A stretch of 64,000 bases of DNA. Source: Mobula hypostoma (Eukaryota). Below, piece by piece: positions 12,780-24,984 of this stretch (positions are counted from its first letter, which is position 1; every line of letters begins with the position of its first letter). The stretch is taken from assembly GCF_963921235.1 (NCBI RefSeq), contig NC_086097.1, forward strand, positions 52,268,001 to 52,332,000, given 5' to 3'. A model generated the notes under the pieces. It did no database searches. It was given only the letters and a program-made list of their open reading frames with translations, and was not told where the DNA came from. The position numbers and the translations under genes are program-made.

Positions 12780-13834
12780 TTGTAAATAAAATGCTTACAG
12801 AGCCTCTGTATATATGTAATATTTTGAATGGATGTTGCTTACTGAGACATTGGAATGTTAACAGTATAAAGAAATAAGTCATAATATAACTGAGTTTCAA
12901 TATGGATGTGGCTGTTTCAAATGAAATCTGTGTACCGTATTCATCGTAGTTTTGATCTGTCAAATATTTAGTGTTGTTAAAAGATCTACCTTAGTTATTC
13001 CTTCACCCCACACAGTGATTGCTGGCCTCAGACAGTCATAGGTATAGTACTGAAGCAGGCATATTTCATCCTTTCCAACGTGTCACAATCAGACACAACA
13101 TCATTATTAATATCTCATGTCCCTGAACGTACGTAGATTCCGTGAAAAATTCCCCTTGTGTTGTGTCCTTAACTCTGTTCAGGTTTAGGAAACACCGTCT
13201 TTGCCCTGAAATGCACTCCGGAAGTCTGAGGGCTAGGTGGGGAGGAAATCAGATTTTGGAAGATTACGCCACTTATAGTTTCTGTCAATGCAACTAAATA
13301 AATGGTGAGCAACGAATAATCTGTTGGAGGAACACAGTGGGTTGAGAGCTATCTGAGAGAAGAAAGGAATTATTGATGTTTCGCATCAGGAGTATGTAAA
13401 TGTGAGATTGATCCAGGATAATTCTATATGTCAAATTCAAGCATTTCAATATGATTCATCCACTTAGCTGAGAACAGTGATAACTATGACCAGTGGCTAA
13501 GGAATTATGGATGTGGAGAAGAATACTCATCAGGAGCAGGAGAGCTTTGACCAAGTTTCCTTTCCCTAAACTTAGCCTGAAACTGAAATCTATCTCATGG
13601 ATGAAAGAAAAATGGAGGCCCATGTTGGAGGGCAGGGTTAGATTGATTTTAGAGCTTAAAAGTTGGTTCAACATCATGGAATGGTGGGTGCCAGTACTGT
13701 GATGTATTGGTTCTACAGTCTATATTCTATGTTCTTTCCTCAACTGCTTCGCAAGCTACACGAGCTATTGAAACAGTTGCCTAAATCCCCAGAAGAAGTA
13801 TCAAAGTCAATACTCATCGGTGCAGATCCACACA

Positions 13835-15640
13835 TCAAAGTTCATAATTTCAAAAGAAAATTATTATCAAAGTATGCAAATGTCACCATGCTGAGGTTTC
13901 TTTGCTTGCAGGTATTCACAGTAGAACAAGGAAATACAATTGAATCAGTGAAAAACTACACACAAAGATTGACAAACAACCAATGTGCAAAAGAAGACAA
14001 AGTGTAAATACAAATACAAATAAATAAATAGATAGATAAGTAATGAATAAATAAATAAATAAATGACTAAGAACGTGAATTGCAGAGTCCTTAAAAGTGA
14101 GTCCATAGGTTGTGGAATCTGTTCAGTGTTTCGGTGAGCAAACTTGTCCACGCTGATGGTTGAACCAATGGTTGAAGGGCAATAACTATTCCTGAACCTA
14201 ATGGTATGGCACAAAGGCTCCTCTACCTAGTTCCAATGATAGAAGTGAGAAGAGAGCATTGATGGGTGGTGGGGATCCTTAATGTAGGATGTTGCTTTCT
14301 TGTGACAGCGCTCCTTGTAGGTGTATCCATCACTTGTTGTAGGCTTTGGTGTTTCCATCCCACGCTATGATGCAACCAGTGAGGATACTGGCCACTGCGC
14401 AACTATAGAAGTTTTTAGAAGTTTTGCTTCTAAATGTTTTTAGATGACATGCCAAATCTGCAAAAACGTCTAAGAAAGTGAAGGCGCTGCCACGTCTTCT
14501 TTGTAATGGCACCTACATGCTGGTCCCGGGACACATCGTCTGATATGATAACAGCCTGTAAGTTACAGACCCTTTCCACTTCTGATCCCCTAATGAGCAC
14601 TGGCTCATGGACCCCCATATTCTTCTTCCTGTAGGCAATAATCAGCTGTCTGTTTTTGCTGACATTTAGTGACAGGTTGCTGTTGTGGCAACATTAAACA
14701 ATTTTTCAGTCTTCCTCCTCTATGCCAATTCATCACCACATTTGATTCAGCCAGCAATAGTGGTTTTGTCAGCAAATTTTAAGATGGTGTTGGAGCTGTA
14801 CTTCGCTTCATAGTCATAAGTATAAGATGAATAGAGCAGGGGTCTAAGAGCGCAGCCTTGAGTTGCACCTGTGCTAATGGTGATTGTGGTGGAGATGTTG
14901 TTGCTAATCTAAACTGACTGGGATCTGCAAGTGAGGAAACCGAAGATCCAGTTGCACAGGGGTATATCGAGGCCTCGGTCTTGGAGCTTAGATCAGTTTT
15001 GAGGGGATGATAATGTTGAATGAAGAGCTGTAGTCAATGAGGAGAAACACACACAAAATTCTGGAGGAACTCAGCAGACCAGGCAGCATCTATGGAAAAG
15101 AGGGAATAGTTGATGTGCCGGGCCAAGACCCTTCATCAGCATCCTAATGAATGCATTTTCACTGTCCGGGTGCTCCAGAGCTGAGTGGAAAGCCAATGAA
15201 ATGACATCCGCTGTTGACCTGTTTTGATGGTAGGCAAACCAGAGCGGATCCAAGTGACATCTCAGACAAAAATAAATATGCTTCATGAACAGCATCTCAA
15301 AGCACTTCATCACAGTGGACATAAGTGCTACTGGATGATAGTCATTGAGGCAGATAATCACGTTCTTCTTGGGCACCGGTATGATTGAAGACTGCTTGAA
15401 GCAGGTGGGTACCTCAGACTACTGAAGAGAGAGGTACTCACAGGTACACTGTCTGGGCCAAATGCTTTCCGTGGGTTCACCCTCATGAAGGATACTCACA
15501 GATTGAAATCACAAGGTTATTGGGGATGGTGGGTGTTTGTGAAGGTGTCTCTGTGCTTTGCTGGCCAAAGAGAGCATAAAAGTCTCTGAGTTCATCTGGG
15601 AGTGAAACATTATTGTCACCTACGATGCTTGGTTTTGCTT
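13835..15640 (-). mobile_element. Rex1/Babar LINE remnant
   Basis: ORF 15071-15376 [40 protein letters not shown] 14430-14618 QRLHFLRR; AT-rich 3' UTR with (aaat)n. Confidence 0.9.
15046..15140 (-). mobile_element. Penelope-like terminal fragment inside Rex1
   Basis: aaacacacacaaaattctggaggaactcagcagaccaggcagcatctatgg...gacccttcatcag. Confidence 0.75.
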
Positions 15641-15932
15641 TGTAGAAATTAAAGAAAGTCTCGTGCAGTAATGTCGGCATCACATTAGAAGATGGGTAGC
15701 AAAGTGATGGTGAAGTGAATTTGGGATAACTTGTGACAAAAATTATAAATTTCCAAAAAATTATGAAATGATTTTGACTGATTCCAGTTACTCATGCCCA
15801 ACTTTAAACAGGATCTCGAAAACACTGTCCCCTGTCCACACCAGAATGTATGGTGGCATTTGCAGACTGCCCCCGCACATCATTAGCTGTGTTGGTTGTC
15901 AATGTACATGTGATAAATAATTATTATCTAAT

Positions 15933-16506
15933 AATAACCCTCAGGTCCAGCCAGCGGCATTAGTCTAGGGAAGACAGTCTCTGGCCCCGCCAAACGTGTT
16001 TAATCTGAGGTGCAAAACCTCTTGTTTGTTTGGATGCTGTGTGATGTGTTCCCCTGTTACAAATCAGTACCACGAGATAACACACAGTACACCATATGCC
16101 ATTAAATGATTTAGCTCTATAATTCTTAATTTGACGAGAGGGTTAGTAAAGAACGACAAAAAGAAGAGGGCCCAGTTTAATGAAACAGTCTAATGTGCAC
16201 ATTGGAGCTCACAGTTTCCCTTCCGTTGGTCCTCCATCGATTTCTGCCCCCCCCCCCCCACGAGCTTCATTGATTCCTGACCCCACTCCAAGTCCTCTCC
16301 TTTCGGGTGTCTGCGACTTCTCCGTTCTGGCACCTTCTCTCTTCATGTTCTGCTGAACAAAAGACCCAGATTACCTCGTTCTCAGGCACACAACAAGAAG
16401 GGACGGCGCACATTCCAAAGCCCCCGTTGTCTCTAGCCATAATCCAAACACTGCTGCTACAGAAAACCCATTACATTAGCGGTGAAATCTTTCCCAGGGC
16501 GTTACA
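15933..16506 (-). repeat. 3' LTR of the Gypsy element
   Basis: Colinear with 18238-18821; preceded on the minus strand by PPT ggggcgggggaagg (16507-16520). Confidence 0.9.
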
Positions 16507-17020
16507 CCTTCCCCCGCCCCCATCCAATTGAGCCATGTCCTCATGACATTGAGATCATTTGTCAACCCTTCCTGCAAAGCAGAAAGTCCAACACAGGTGT
16601 AAAAGGCAGTGACATAGCTCCCCAAAGCAGCAGGGGCCATACTCTGTTCCCCCGGTGCTACATAGGTCAGCCTATCCGGAGGTCTCCTGATCCTTTGAGA
16701 CCTCATCTACCTTTCCATGTTCCGACAGTACTGGGGATACTTTCGGTCTCCCTCGGTCTATCACTCGTGCCCACCTGCAACTCGGACCCCCCTGTTCCTT
16801 GGCTGAGCCCCACTTCATCCCTCGTAGGGTCCTGCTGAACCCCAGGCTGTCCACAGATAGCCCCCACCTCCAATTTCACCTGACTCAACATGAGAAATGT
16901 TGGGAATCTCTTTCTCAATCAGTGGGGAGTTAGCAAAAGGCAGCATTTATCACACCCCCATTTCCTCATCCTGTGAATCAGTATCCCACTCAGGGGCAGG
17001 GGCCGGTCTAACCTCTCCTG

Positions 17021-17786
17021 CTATTGGTCCTTCAGTCGCGGCGCGACACCGCAGAACCCTTTACTAGGTGTAGGCTGCAGGTCGGGCTCCGGGTCTGCCT
17101 TCACCGTGATGGCAAACTGGCACATGGCTTTCAGCCCCAGGGCAGGAACGCTCTCCCACTCTTCGTCCCTGTCCAGCCTCTCATGCACATGTCGGGACAA
17201 AGCATCAGGATCAATGTTTCTGCTTCTCAGCTGGTACTTCAGGCTGAAATCATAGGCAGACAACGCCACCAACCACCGATGGCTTTCTATTTGGTCCATC
17301 CTTAACTGATCCACCTCAGCCATCTGAATGGCCCCTCTGCGCCACAAGCAACTTAGCTGCCTCTCTAGCCGAAAGATGTAGGCAGAAAGCTTCTCCCCCT
17401 TCTCTTGACACATGTTCTGAAACCCCGTCATGAGCTCCATTGGGCTTCCCGTTGCACCAAACACCTTCTCTGGTGCTTGCATGTAGGCTGCAGAAGTGGC
17501 AAGGGGGTTCTGCGCCTTTACGGCTCTCACTACGTCAGCAGCCCGCCCCCTCAAACTTTCAACCAATCGCTGTTGTTTTACATTATCAGAGCACTGTCAC
17601 TTATCCATCTAACAACTGAGAGGTCTGCTCCACCCAAGTCTCATACTCCTCTTCCTCTTTAGGGGTGGGCTTCATTCCTGAGAACAGGCAGAGCCTATGA
17701 TAGCTGGGACTTTGAACCTGGGCACTTTTCCATTTATTCATCAGAGAGGAAAGTGCGGACACTAACTCAGAATTCTCACTCTTCAC
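17021..17786 (-). pseudogene. PNMA-like gag fused by deletion to RNase H end
   Basis: LFSGMKPTPKEEEEYETWVEQ, VESLRGRAADVVRAV, GEKLSAYIFRLE, then RWLVALSAYDFSLKY..NIDPDALSR. Confidence 0.85.
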
Positions 17787-18215
17787 TGGGGGATGGGGAA
17801 GTCATTAGACATTCCAAATCAGACCACTCCTTCCCCTCGGTAAGCAGAAACAAGAGAACCCTGTCTTTGAAGTCACCGCCCCCAGCTACGGGAGATTCGA
17901 CTTGCGATTCAGCCCACAGTTCCACTGCCATTACGTCAACACTAGTCTGAACTAAAACAAAATCTATGCTGCCATTTTATCAGATCTCCGCACCACCATA
18001 GTAACTTTGCCTACAGCTTTAACAGTACTTAAATTTGAATTAACAATTCATCAGGTGTAGAATATCTACCCCACTCAACATGCACGTATCATTACCAGTA
18101 ACCCCGTGGATGCACACCACCGCTCAACCTTGGCAGCATCCGTACTAGCAGAGACTTGTACACACAACCCACTGGTTCAATGCTCAGGGCAATCACACAG
18201 CATCCAATGAAATCA

Positions 18216-18233
18216 ATCCTGGATGAGCCCCCA
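18216..18233 (-). promoter_or_regulatory. Primer-binding site, tRNA-Pro type
   Basis: Minus strand TGGGGGCTCATCCAGGAT versus canonical TGGGGGCTCGTCCGGGAT, 4 bp inside the 5' LTR boundary. Confidence 0.85.
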
Positions 18234-18237
18234 CAAT

Positions 18238-18821
18238 TATAACCCTCAGGTTCGGCCGGCGGTGTTAGTCTAGGGAAGACAGTCTCTGGCCCCACCAAAC
18301 GTGTGAAATCTGAGATGCAAAACTTTTTGTTTGTGTGGATGCTGCATGATGTGTTACTCTGTTACAAATCAGTACCACAAATTAACAGACAGTACACCAT
18401 ATGCAATTAAATGATTTAGCTTTATAATTCTTAATTTGACTAGAGGGTTAGTACAGAAAAACAAAAAGAAAAGGGCCCAGTTTAATGAAACAATCTAATG
18501 TGCACGTTGGAGCTCATGGTTTCCCTTCCGTTGGTCCTCCATCGATTCCCATCCTCCCCCTCCCCCTGGCTTCATCAACTCCTGGCCCCACTCCACTCCT
18601 TTTGGATGTCTACAACCTCTCCTTTCAGGCATCTTCTCTCTTCATCTTCCACCGAACAAATGACCCAGATCACCTCGTTCTCAGGCACACAACAAGAAAA
18701 AACACTTCCTTCATTGGACGGCGCATATTCCAAAGCCGCCGTTATCTCTAGTCATAACCCAAACACAACTGCTACAGAAAAACCATTAAATTAGCAGTGA
18801 ACCCTTTCCCAGGACGTTACA
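18238..18821 (-). repeat. 5' LTR of the Gypsy element
   Basis: Starts TGTAAC on the minus strand; followed by the PBS. Confidence 0.9.
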
Positions 18822-18899
18822 TAATGCTAGCAGTTACAGTGAAATTGTGTAACCTAGTGAGAAATGTCTTGCACCCTCAGAATGTTAGGAGACAAAGTA

Positions 18900-19380
18900 C
18901 AAGCATAATGAAAGGGTTATTCCGGGAATGAAAGAGTTATCATATAAGGAACATTTGCTAGCTGCGGGTCTGTTCTTGCTGTAGTTTAGAAGGATGAGGG
19001 GTGGGGGATCTCATTGAAACCTTTCAAATGTTGAAAGGTCTAGACACAGTAGATGTGGAAAGGATGTTTCTCATGGTGGGGGAGTCAAGGACAAGAGGGC
19101 ACAGCATCCATTTAAAACAGAGATGTGGAGAAATTTCTTTAGCCAGAGTGTAATCAATTTGTGGAATTTGTTGCCACATACAGCTGTGGAGGCCAGTTCG
19201 TTGGGTGTATTTAAGGCCGAGCTTGATAGTTTCTTCATTGGATGTGGCATCATTTTGGCGAGAAGGCAGGGAGTGAGGCTGAGGAGGGGAAAAAAAGATC
19301 AGCCATGATTGAGTGGTGGAGCAGACTCAATGGGCCAGATGGCCTAATTCTGCTCCTATGTCTTATGGTCTTATGGTCTA
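18900..19380 (+). mobile_element. CR1 3' fragment
   Basis: RNFFSQSVINLWNLLP..GVFKAELD; tail (ggtcttat)n. Confidence 0.9.
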
Positions 19381-19569
19381 ATAAGCATCATTTACATTCC
19401 AAACCCCAGTCTGATTTTCATCAGTTCTACTGAACATTTCTGACACCCAAACTGAGATTCATATTAGATTATGAGGACACTCAGTTCTCGTTTATTGTCA
19501 TTTAGAAATGCATGCATTAAAAAATGATACAATGTTACTCATATTTCACCGACCTGACCTGTGGCTCTC

Positions 19570-19660
19570 ATCAGCAATATCACAACCTGACCTGGTGAAT
19601 TCCTCCAGCATTTTGTGTGTGTTGCTTTGGATTTCCAGCATCTGCAGAATTTCATATTTC
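19570..19660 (+). mobile_element. Penelope-like terminal fragment
   Basis: cctgacctggtgaattcctccagcattttgtgtgtgttgctttggatttccagcatctgcag. Confidence 0.7.
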
Positions 19661-20379
19661 ACTGCTGCTTTTGCAGTAACTGCCTTATGCAGTTTACAGA
19701 TTTTCTAGAAAACCCACTAGGTTCAATATGCAGGATCATTTAAATTAATAACACATTTTAAGCATTTAACTTTCATCCTCCTGAATTACCCTTGGTACAT
19801 TTGCTCCCCTCAGTGTCCATAACTCCCTGTCTTCAGCAAGTGGATTTCATTGCAGAATCTGCTCACCTCTTGCAGTCCCAAACTATTCAAGTTGAACTCT
19901 CTTGTAATCAATCGTGCAGCAGCAAAACAAATCCAAAATCAAAACAATTGCCGCGAGCCTGCGGCCGCCACAGGGTTCTTATACTTGCATGTCTCACCCT
20001 CAGCTCCAATGAAGTGATTGTTCCAAAGGGTCAAGTTCCTTATTTCGATCCTTTATTAGCAATTAACAAACATACAATCTTGAAACAATATTAAGTGTTA
20101 CCTTAGCGACAGATCCAGTAAAGACATGACCTTCACTGGTTGCAAGCCACAAGGTAACACAAAATTTCCTTTCCACAAAATAAGCAAGAATACGTAATTT
20201 ATTTCCTTCGCTTTTACCATGCCCCCATTAATGAGACTAGTTATCATAGTAAATGTAGTAACTGCATAGCGCAAAATGCATGCCTCCTACATTCCAACCC
20301 CCTAATTATTATATCATATAATAATTACAATTACATGCTATTAAGACACAGGAGACATGAAATCTCAACATTTACACAA

Positions 20380-22140
20380 ATGTCCTCTTTTGGTAAGCAA
20401 TCTATCCTGGATTGTGCTCTTCTCCTGCCAAACCAGGTTATCCCTCTTGACTGCAGTCAGGCAAATCGGTCTTGAATCACTGTTTCCGAAGGTCATCCAA
20501 GCACAAAACTGAAGTCTCTTTAACCGTCAGCTCTGGCCGAGCGTTGACTCTTCTACCATCATGGTCTCCCTCCAATGGTCCATTAGCAGTCCAGCCTAAG
20601 ATGGTTCTGATTGCATCAGGTCCATCATTAACACTGAATCACTTGCAATGGCTCCAATGCCTTAGGCATATTCACCCCCTATCAGCAGCCCAACTTCTGA
20701 ATCAATTTCCAGCAAATAAACATGTTTCAGGTAAGACCATTACCGGAGGTCTCTCTGACAAGGAATATTCCCTTGTGGACGGGCATACATTCCTGTGTAT
20801 GGACATGAGGCACTTCACAATATTTTTCACAATCTAAGTCAGCCACTTCCAATCCTGAAATGAAGTAGCTACTCATGACCTTCTCTTGACCCATGGTTCC
20901 TAAAAGAATGTGCTTTTCTTTTCCTAAATGAGAAAATCTGCAGATGCTGGAAATGTGTGTTCCTTTTCCCGCCAGGTTGAGGTTGTTCAGGAAGCTCTCT
21001 GTGCAGAACACTGCTGTACTTCCTTGATCTAGGAAAGCATAAGTAACCACTGTCTTGTTACTCTTCTTAGGCTTCACCTGAACTGGAATTATAGGAAGGT
21101 TGCAATCATGATCACCAGCTCCCTTAAGGCCATTAGTTACCAGGGCATTACTCACTGCTGGGTTTGCTTCATTCACGACTTGATTCGAACCTGTATTCTT
21201 TTCATCAGTTCTGGGCTCAGTTTCACTTTCTATGGTGGCCACAGTGAAGCACCTTCAATAACTCCAAAAGACTGAAGTTGGGTAAAATACTGAAAGGGTT
21301 TTATTCGCTGTACAATACAACCTCCATGGTGAGTGTCTGCCCCCGGACTGAGGGGGAGGGCAAGGCGAAATCACCTTTATTCAGGGGTCTGTGGGAGAAG
21401 CCACAGGGGCAGTCAGCAGAGGGGCATGTCCAGGCAGTTAACCCAGTTACAACATACATATGGTTTACCACACACAGTAATGACAAAGTTGCTTCCTTTG
21501 GCTTGAGAGTGAATTTGTGATCCAGGCGATGTAGCCTTATAACCTTTCCCAAACACTGGGTGTATAACAATCTTTACTTGCCTTCCAATAAGGTAAACAA
21601 AGTCGGTGAAAGTAACCTTACAGTTGCACCTTTCTTGCAGCTCATACTCATGGCCCATAGGCTTTTGAACCTCAAATGTATCCACTTTGAGTATGCTGGA
21701 TTTTCTCTGTTCTATGCCAACATAGGAACTCTCACCAAAAAACTGCTCTCTAATACACACTTAGCGCCCACAGCAATTGAAGCCCTTAGCATTTTAACTC
21801 TGGTCATCTTGGCTGCTGATTTCTTCTGCAATTTAAGATCTTCCATTTCCCTTTGAAGTTGTTCTCCCTGTTCTTCCAAAGCATGCTTCCTTTTTCTCCG
21901 AAGTTCTTCCTGATATCTTCGAAGCTCTTCCTGATATCTTCGAAGCTGTTCCACCTTTCCCTCCAAGGCACGCTTATCCCACAGTATCTGTTAGCTTGCC
22001 TATAACTCACCAAAATCAGACTCCATTTTAATGTGAACCAAGTGATATTAGATGCATGGGATGTCTTGCTAACAACAGACCGTGTTCGATGTATGTTAGA
22101 TATGCTGAACTCAGTTTGCATGGCATCCTGTAACTTATCC
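20380..22140 (-). mobile_element. BEL/Pao LTR retrotransposon internal remnant (gag and protease)
   Basis: LPIIPVQVK..VTYAFLDQGSTAVFCTE aspartic protease; GPDAIRTILGWTANGPL; VTFTDFV..RQVKIVIHPVFG gag motif; LTRs not resolved. Confidence 0.85.
21245..21472 (-). mobile_element. Solo LTR, 228 bp, inside BEL
   Basis: TG...CA ends; 5-bp TSD CACAG at 21240-21244 and 21473-21477; AATAAA on the minus strand near 21300; excision restores FVITVATIES. Confidence 0.85.
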
Positions 22141-23270
22141 ATGCATGAAGCTGCTTAGGAAGTTAAGAGTCCATTGTATTACAGGAAAGTTACTGGCATG
22201 GTTGGAGTATTGGCTGATCGGTGTGGAGGCAGCGAGTGGGAATAAAAGATCGGCTGCCAGTGACTAGTGGCGTTCTGAAGGGGTCGGTGTTGGGACCGCT
22301 TCTTTTTATGCTGTGTACCAATGATTTAGATAATGGAATAGGTGGCTTTGTTGCCAAGTTTGCAGTTGATTCAAAGATTGGTGGAGGGGCAGGTGGTGTT
22401 GAGGAAACAGGTAGGCTGCAGAAGAACTTAGACAGCAGGAGAATAGATGAGAAAGTGACAAATTAAATACAACGTTGGAAAATGCATGGTCATGCACTTT
22501 GATAGTAGAAATAAATGTGCAGCCTATTTTCTAAACAGGGAGAAAATCCAAAAATCTGAGATGCAAAGGGACTTTGGAGTTCTTGTGCAGAACACCCTGA
22601 AGGTTAACTTGCAGGTTAAGTCAGTGGTGAGGAAGGCAAATGCAATGTTATCATTCATTTCAAGAGGTCTCGAATACGAGCAGGGATGTGTTGCTGAGGC
22701 TCTATAACACACTGGTGAGGCCTCACCTTGAGTATTGTGAACAGTTTTGGGCTCCTCATCTAAGAAAAGATGTGCTGGCATTGGAGAAGGTTCAGAGGAG
22801 GTTCATAAGGATGATTCCAGGAATTAAAAGGTTATCATACGAGGAATGCTTAATGTCTCTGTGTCTGTACTCGCTGGAATTCAGAAGGATGAGGGGGTAT
22901 CTCATTGAAACCTTTCGAAAGTTGAAAGGCCTAGACAGAGTAGGTGTGGCAAGGCTGTTTCCCCTGGTGGGGGAGTCTATGGCAAGAGGGCACAGCCTCA
23001 GGATAGAGGAACATCCATTTAAAACTGAGATGCAGAGAAATTTCTTTAGCCAGAGGGTGGTGAATTTGTGGAATTTGTGGAGGCCAGGTCATTGGGTGTA
23101 TTTAAGGCAGAGATTAATAAGTTCTTGATTGGATATGGCATCAAAGGTTACGGGGAGAAGGTTGGGAAGTGGATCTGAGGCAGGGAAAAAAGGATCTACC
23201 ATGATTGAATGGCAAAGCAGACTCAATGGGCCAAATGGCCTAATTCTGCTTTTATGTCTTATGGTCTTAT
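22140..23270 (+). mobile_element. CR1 LINE, 5'-truncated
   Basis: [35 protein letters not shown]; tail tcttatggtcttat. Confidence 0.93.
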
Positions 23271-23859
23271 CAGTTGTCACGTCTTGTTCTTTGACTTCAT
23301 AAATATTTTCGTTTTCCTCGGGGAACCAACCTTCACTTTCACATTATTGTTTAATTTCTCTCTTAGTTCTGCCTTCAAGGTCACTATCTCCAGCCTGACT
23401 CATTTTGTGAAAGTTTCAGGTTGCCTGTCCCATCTACTGAAATCAGTTTATAACAAGTTTGTGGGTTTTGTAAATTTTGGAGTTTTAAGTGAATAGCTTA
23501 TTTGAACACTCTACAAGCTTCTCAACAATGCCTGTACATTCATCTTGTAGATTCTGCCATTGTTGTTGGAGTAGCATCCAATTTTGAAGTCACCAATGTC
23601 GTGCTCCATAGTGGCTGTCATCAGCAATATCACAGACCAAATCCTCTTGACCATTTGTGAGATGGACTTCCGAAAAATCCAAAACAGCCTTAAGATGCTC
23701 TTTGCTGTGCCCCCAGATATATTTTTCCTGAGAGTAAATGTTTAATATTTCATTATAAACTTCCTACTCATGCACATCTCCACCATCTCCATGACACCCC
23801 ACCTCTGATCAGACAGAAAAGAAAGTCTAATAAGCAAATTAGTTACAGACTGAACATCT

Positions 23860-24170
23860 TTTTTCTAGCATGAGCTTCGACATAAAAACTTAGAGATTTA
23901 GAAAGAAAGCGAGGAAGAGTGTTTTCACCAGGGAGTGTTTGGAATCTGGAACATATTGCCTTAGTGGATGAGATATTGTCATAGTGGATGACATGTGTCA
24001 TAGAAGACGATAAGGACAGGTACGCTCAAAATATCTAAGAAGCATTTGAAATGCCAGGGCACAGAGATTATGGACCATGTACCCATGCTAGTAAATGGGA
24101 TTACTGGGCAGAGATGCTGAAAGGTCAGTGCGGACATGGTAGGGTTTTTTTCCTGTGCCTTATGACTCTA
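23860..24170 (+). mobile_element. Old CR1 3' end
   Basis: gttttcaccagggagtgtttggaatctggaacatattgcc; tail ttcctgtgccttatgactcta. Confidence 0.6.
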
Positions 24171-24229
24171 CAACAATGAATCCTATCTTCATACTAAGAA
24201 CATCCCTCATCCTGTTCTGTGACACTATG

Positions 24230-24640
24230 ATTGTCCTAAATGGTTTAGACTCTGATCAGATCTGGTAGCTCAAAACTGGACTTTCACGGGCACTGGCAAC
24301 ACTTGAAATGTCTAATACCACTACTGTAAAATCTGTAACCTCGTAGTCCAGCATCTGCCTCAGTCCACCATTACTGTCAAACCAGGGGATCAACCCTGAT
24401 TCAGTGAGGAACGCAGAGATCATACTGGGAGCAACCACAGGCCCACTATGAACTTACATGCCAACTCTACTTGCACATCAAACTGCACAGGCAGTTGCAA
24501 TGTGCAGAGCTATGCAATTTCCCTATCGACAACACAGATCAAAAACCTATTAAGCAGTCATATCTAATCATGAATGTGGTGGACAATTAAGCAGTTAATG
24601 GCAGGCAATGGCTCCAAGAATATCAACATTATTCTATTTT
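24230..24640 (+). mobile_element. Fragment of the ancient LINE family seen at 2570-4050 (more 5' region)
   Basis: ccaggggatcaaccctgattcagtgagga..., catgaatgtggtggacaattaagcag resemble that family. Confidence 0.5.
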
Positions 24641-24984
24641 TGTCTTGATTGTACCACTTTAATTTTGTCTGTGTGCGTAATCTGATGCAACTGGCATCAG
24701 TGCATGATGTACTCATAGACAAATTAAGGAACGCATTGGGGAATACAAATTCCTCCATTTAGGCAAAGACTCTTTAACGTACAAATAACGTAAGTTTTTC
24801 CCATGTTTCTGTGTTTAGATACACAGGATCATTTATAAGAACAATTTGTCAAGTAGAATTTGCAGAACGAGTCCCACAGAAACTGGTCATTTGGTCATTC
24901 GGGAAGTGATGTTTATAATCTTCAAATTCCCACTAGGTTCGCTTGCCTTGGCTTAATATTTTAGTGTAGAGTTTGCTCTCATAG

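Larger units (their letters stand above)
15933..18821 (-). mobile_element. Gypsy LTR retrotransposon with PNMA-like gag; two LTRs, internally deleted (non-autonomous)
   Basis: Direct repeats 15933-16506 and 18238-18821 ending in GTTACA; TSD TAAT at 15929-15932 and 18822-18825; PBS and PPT present; gag and RNase H motifs. Confidence 0.92.

Noticed and set aside
17021..17786. Domesticated PNMA-like host gene
   Set aside because: Lies between two LTRs with PBS, PPT and TSD, is frameshifted and is fused to pol debris; a decayed transposon
20019..20376. LTR belonging to the BEL remnant
   Set aside because: LTR-like composition and minus-strand AATAAA, but no matching TSD or second copy found
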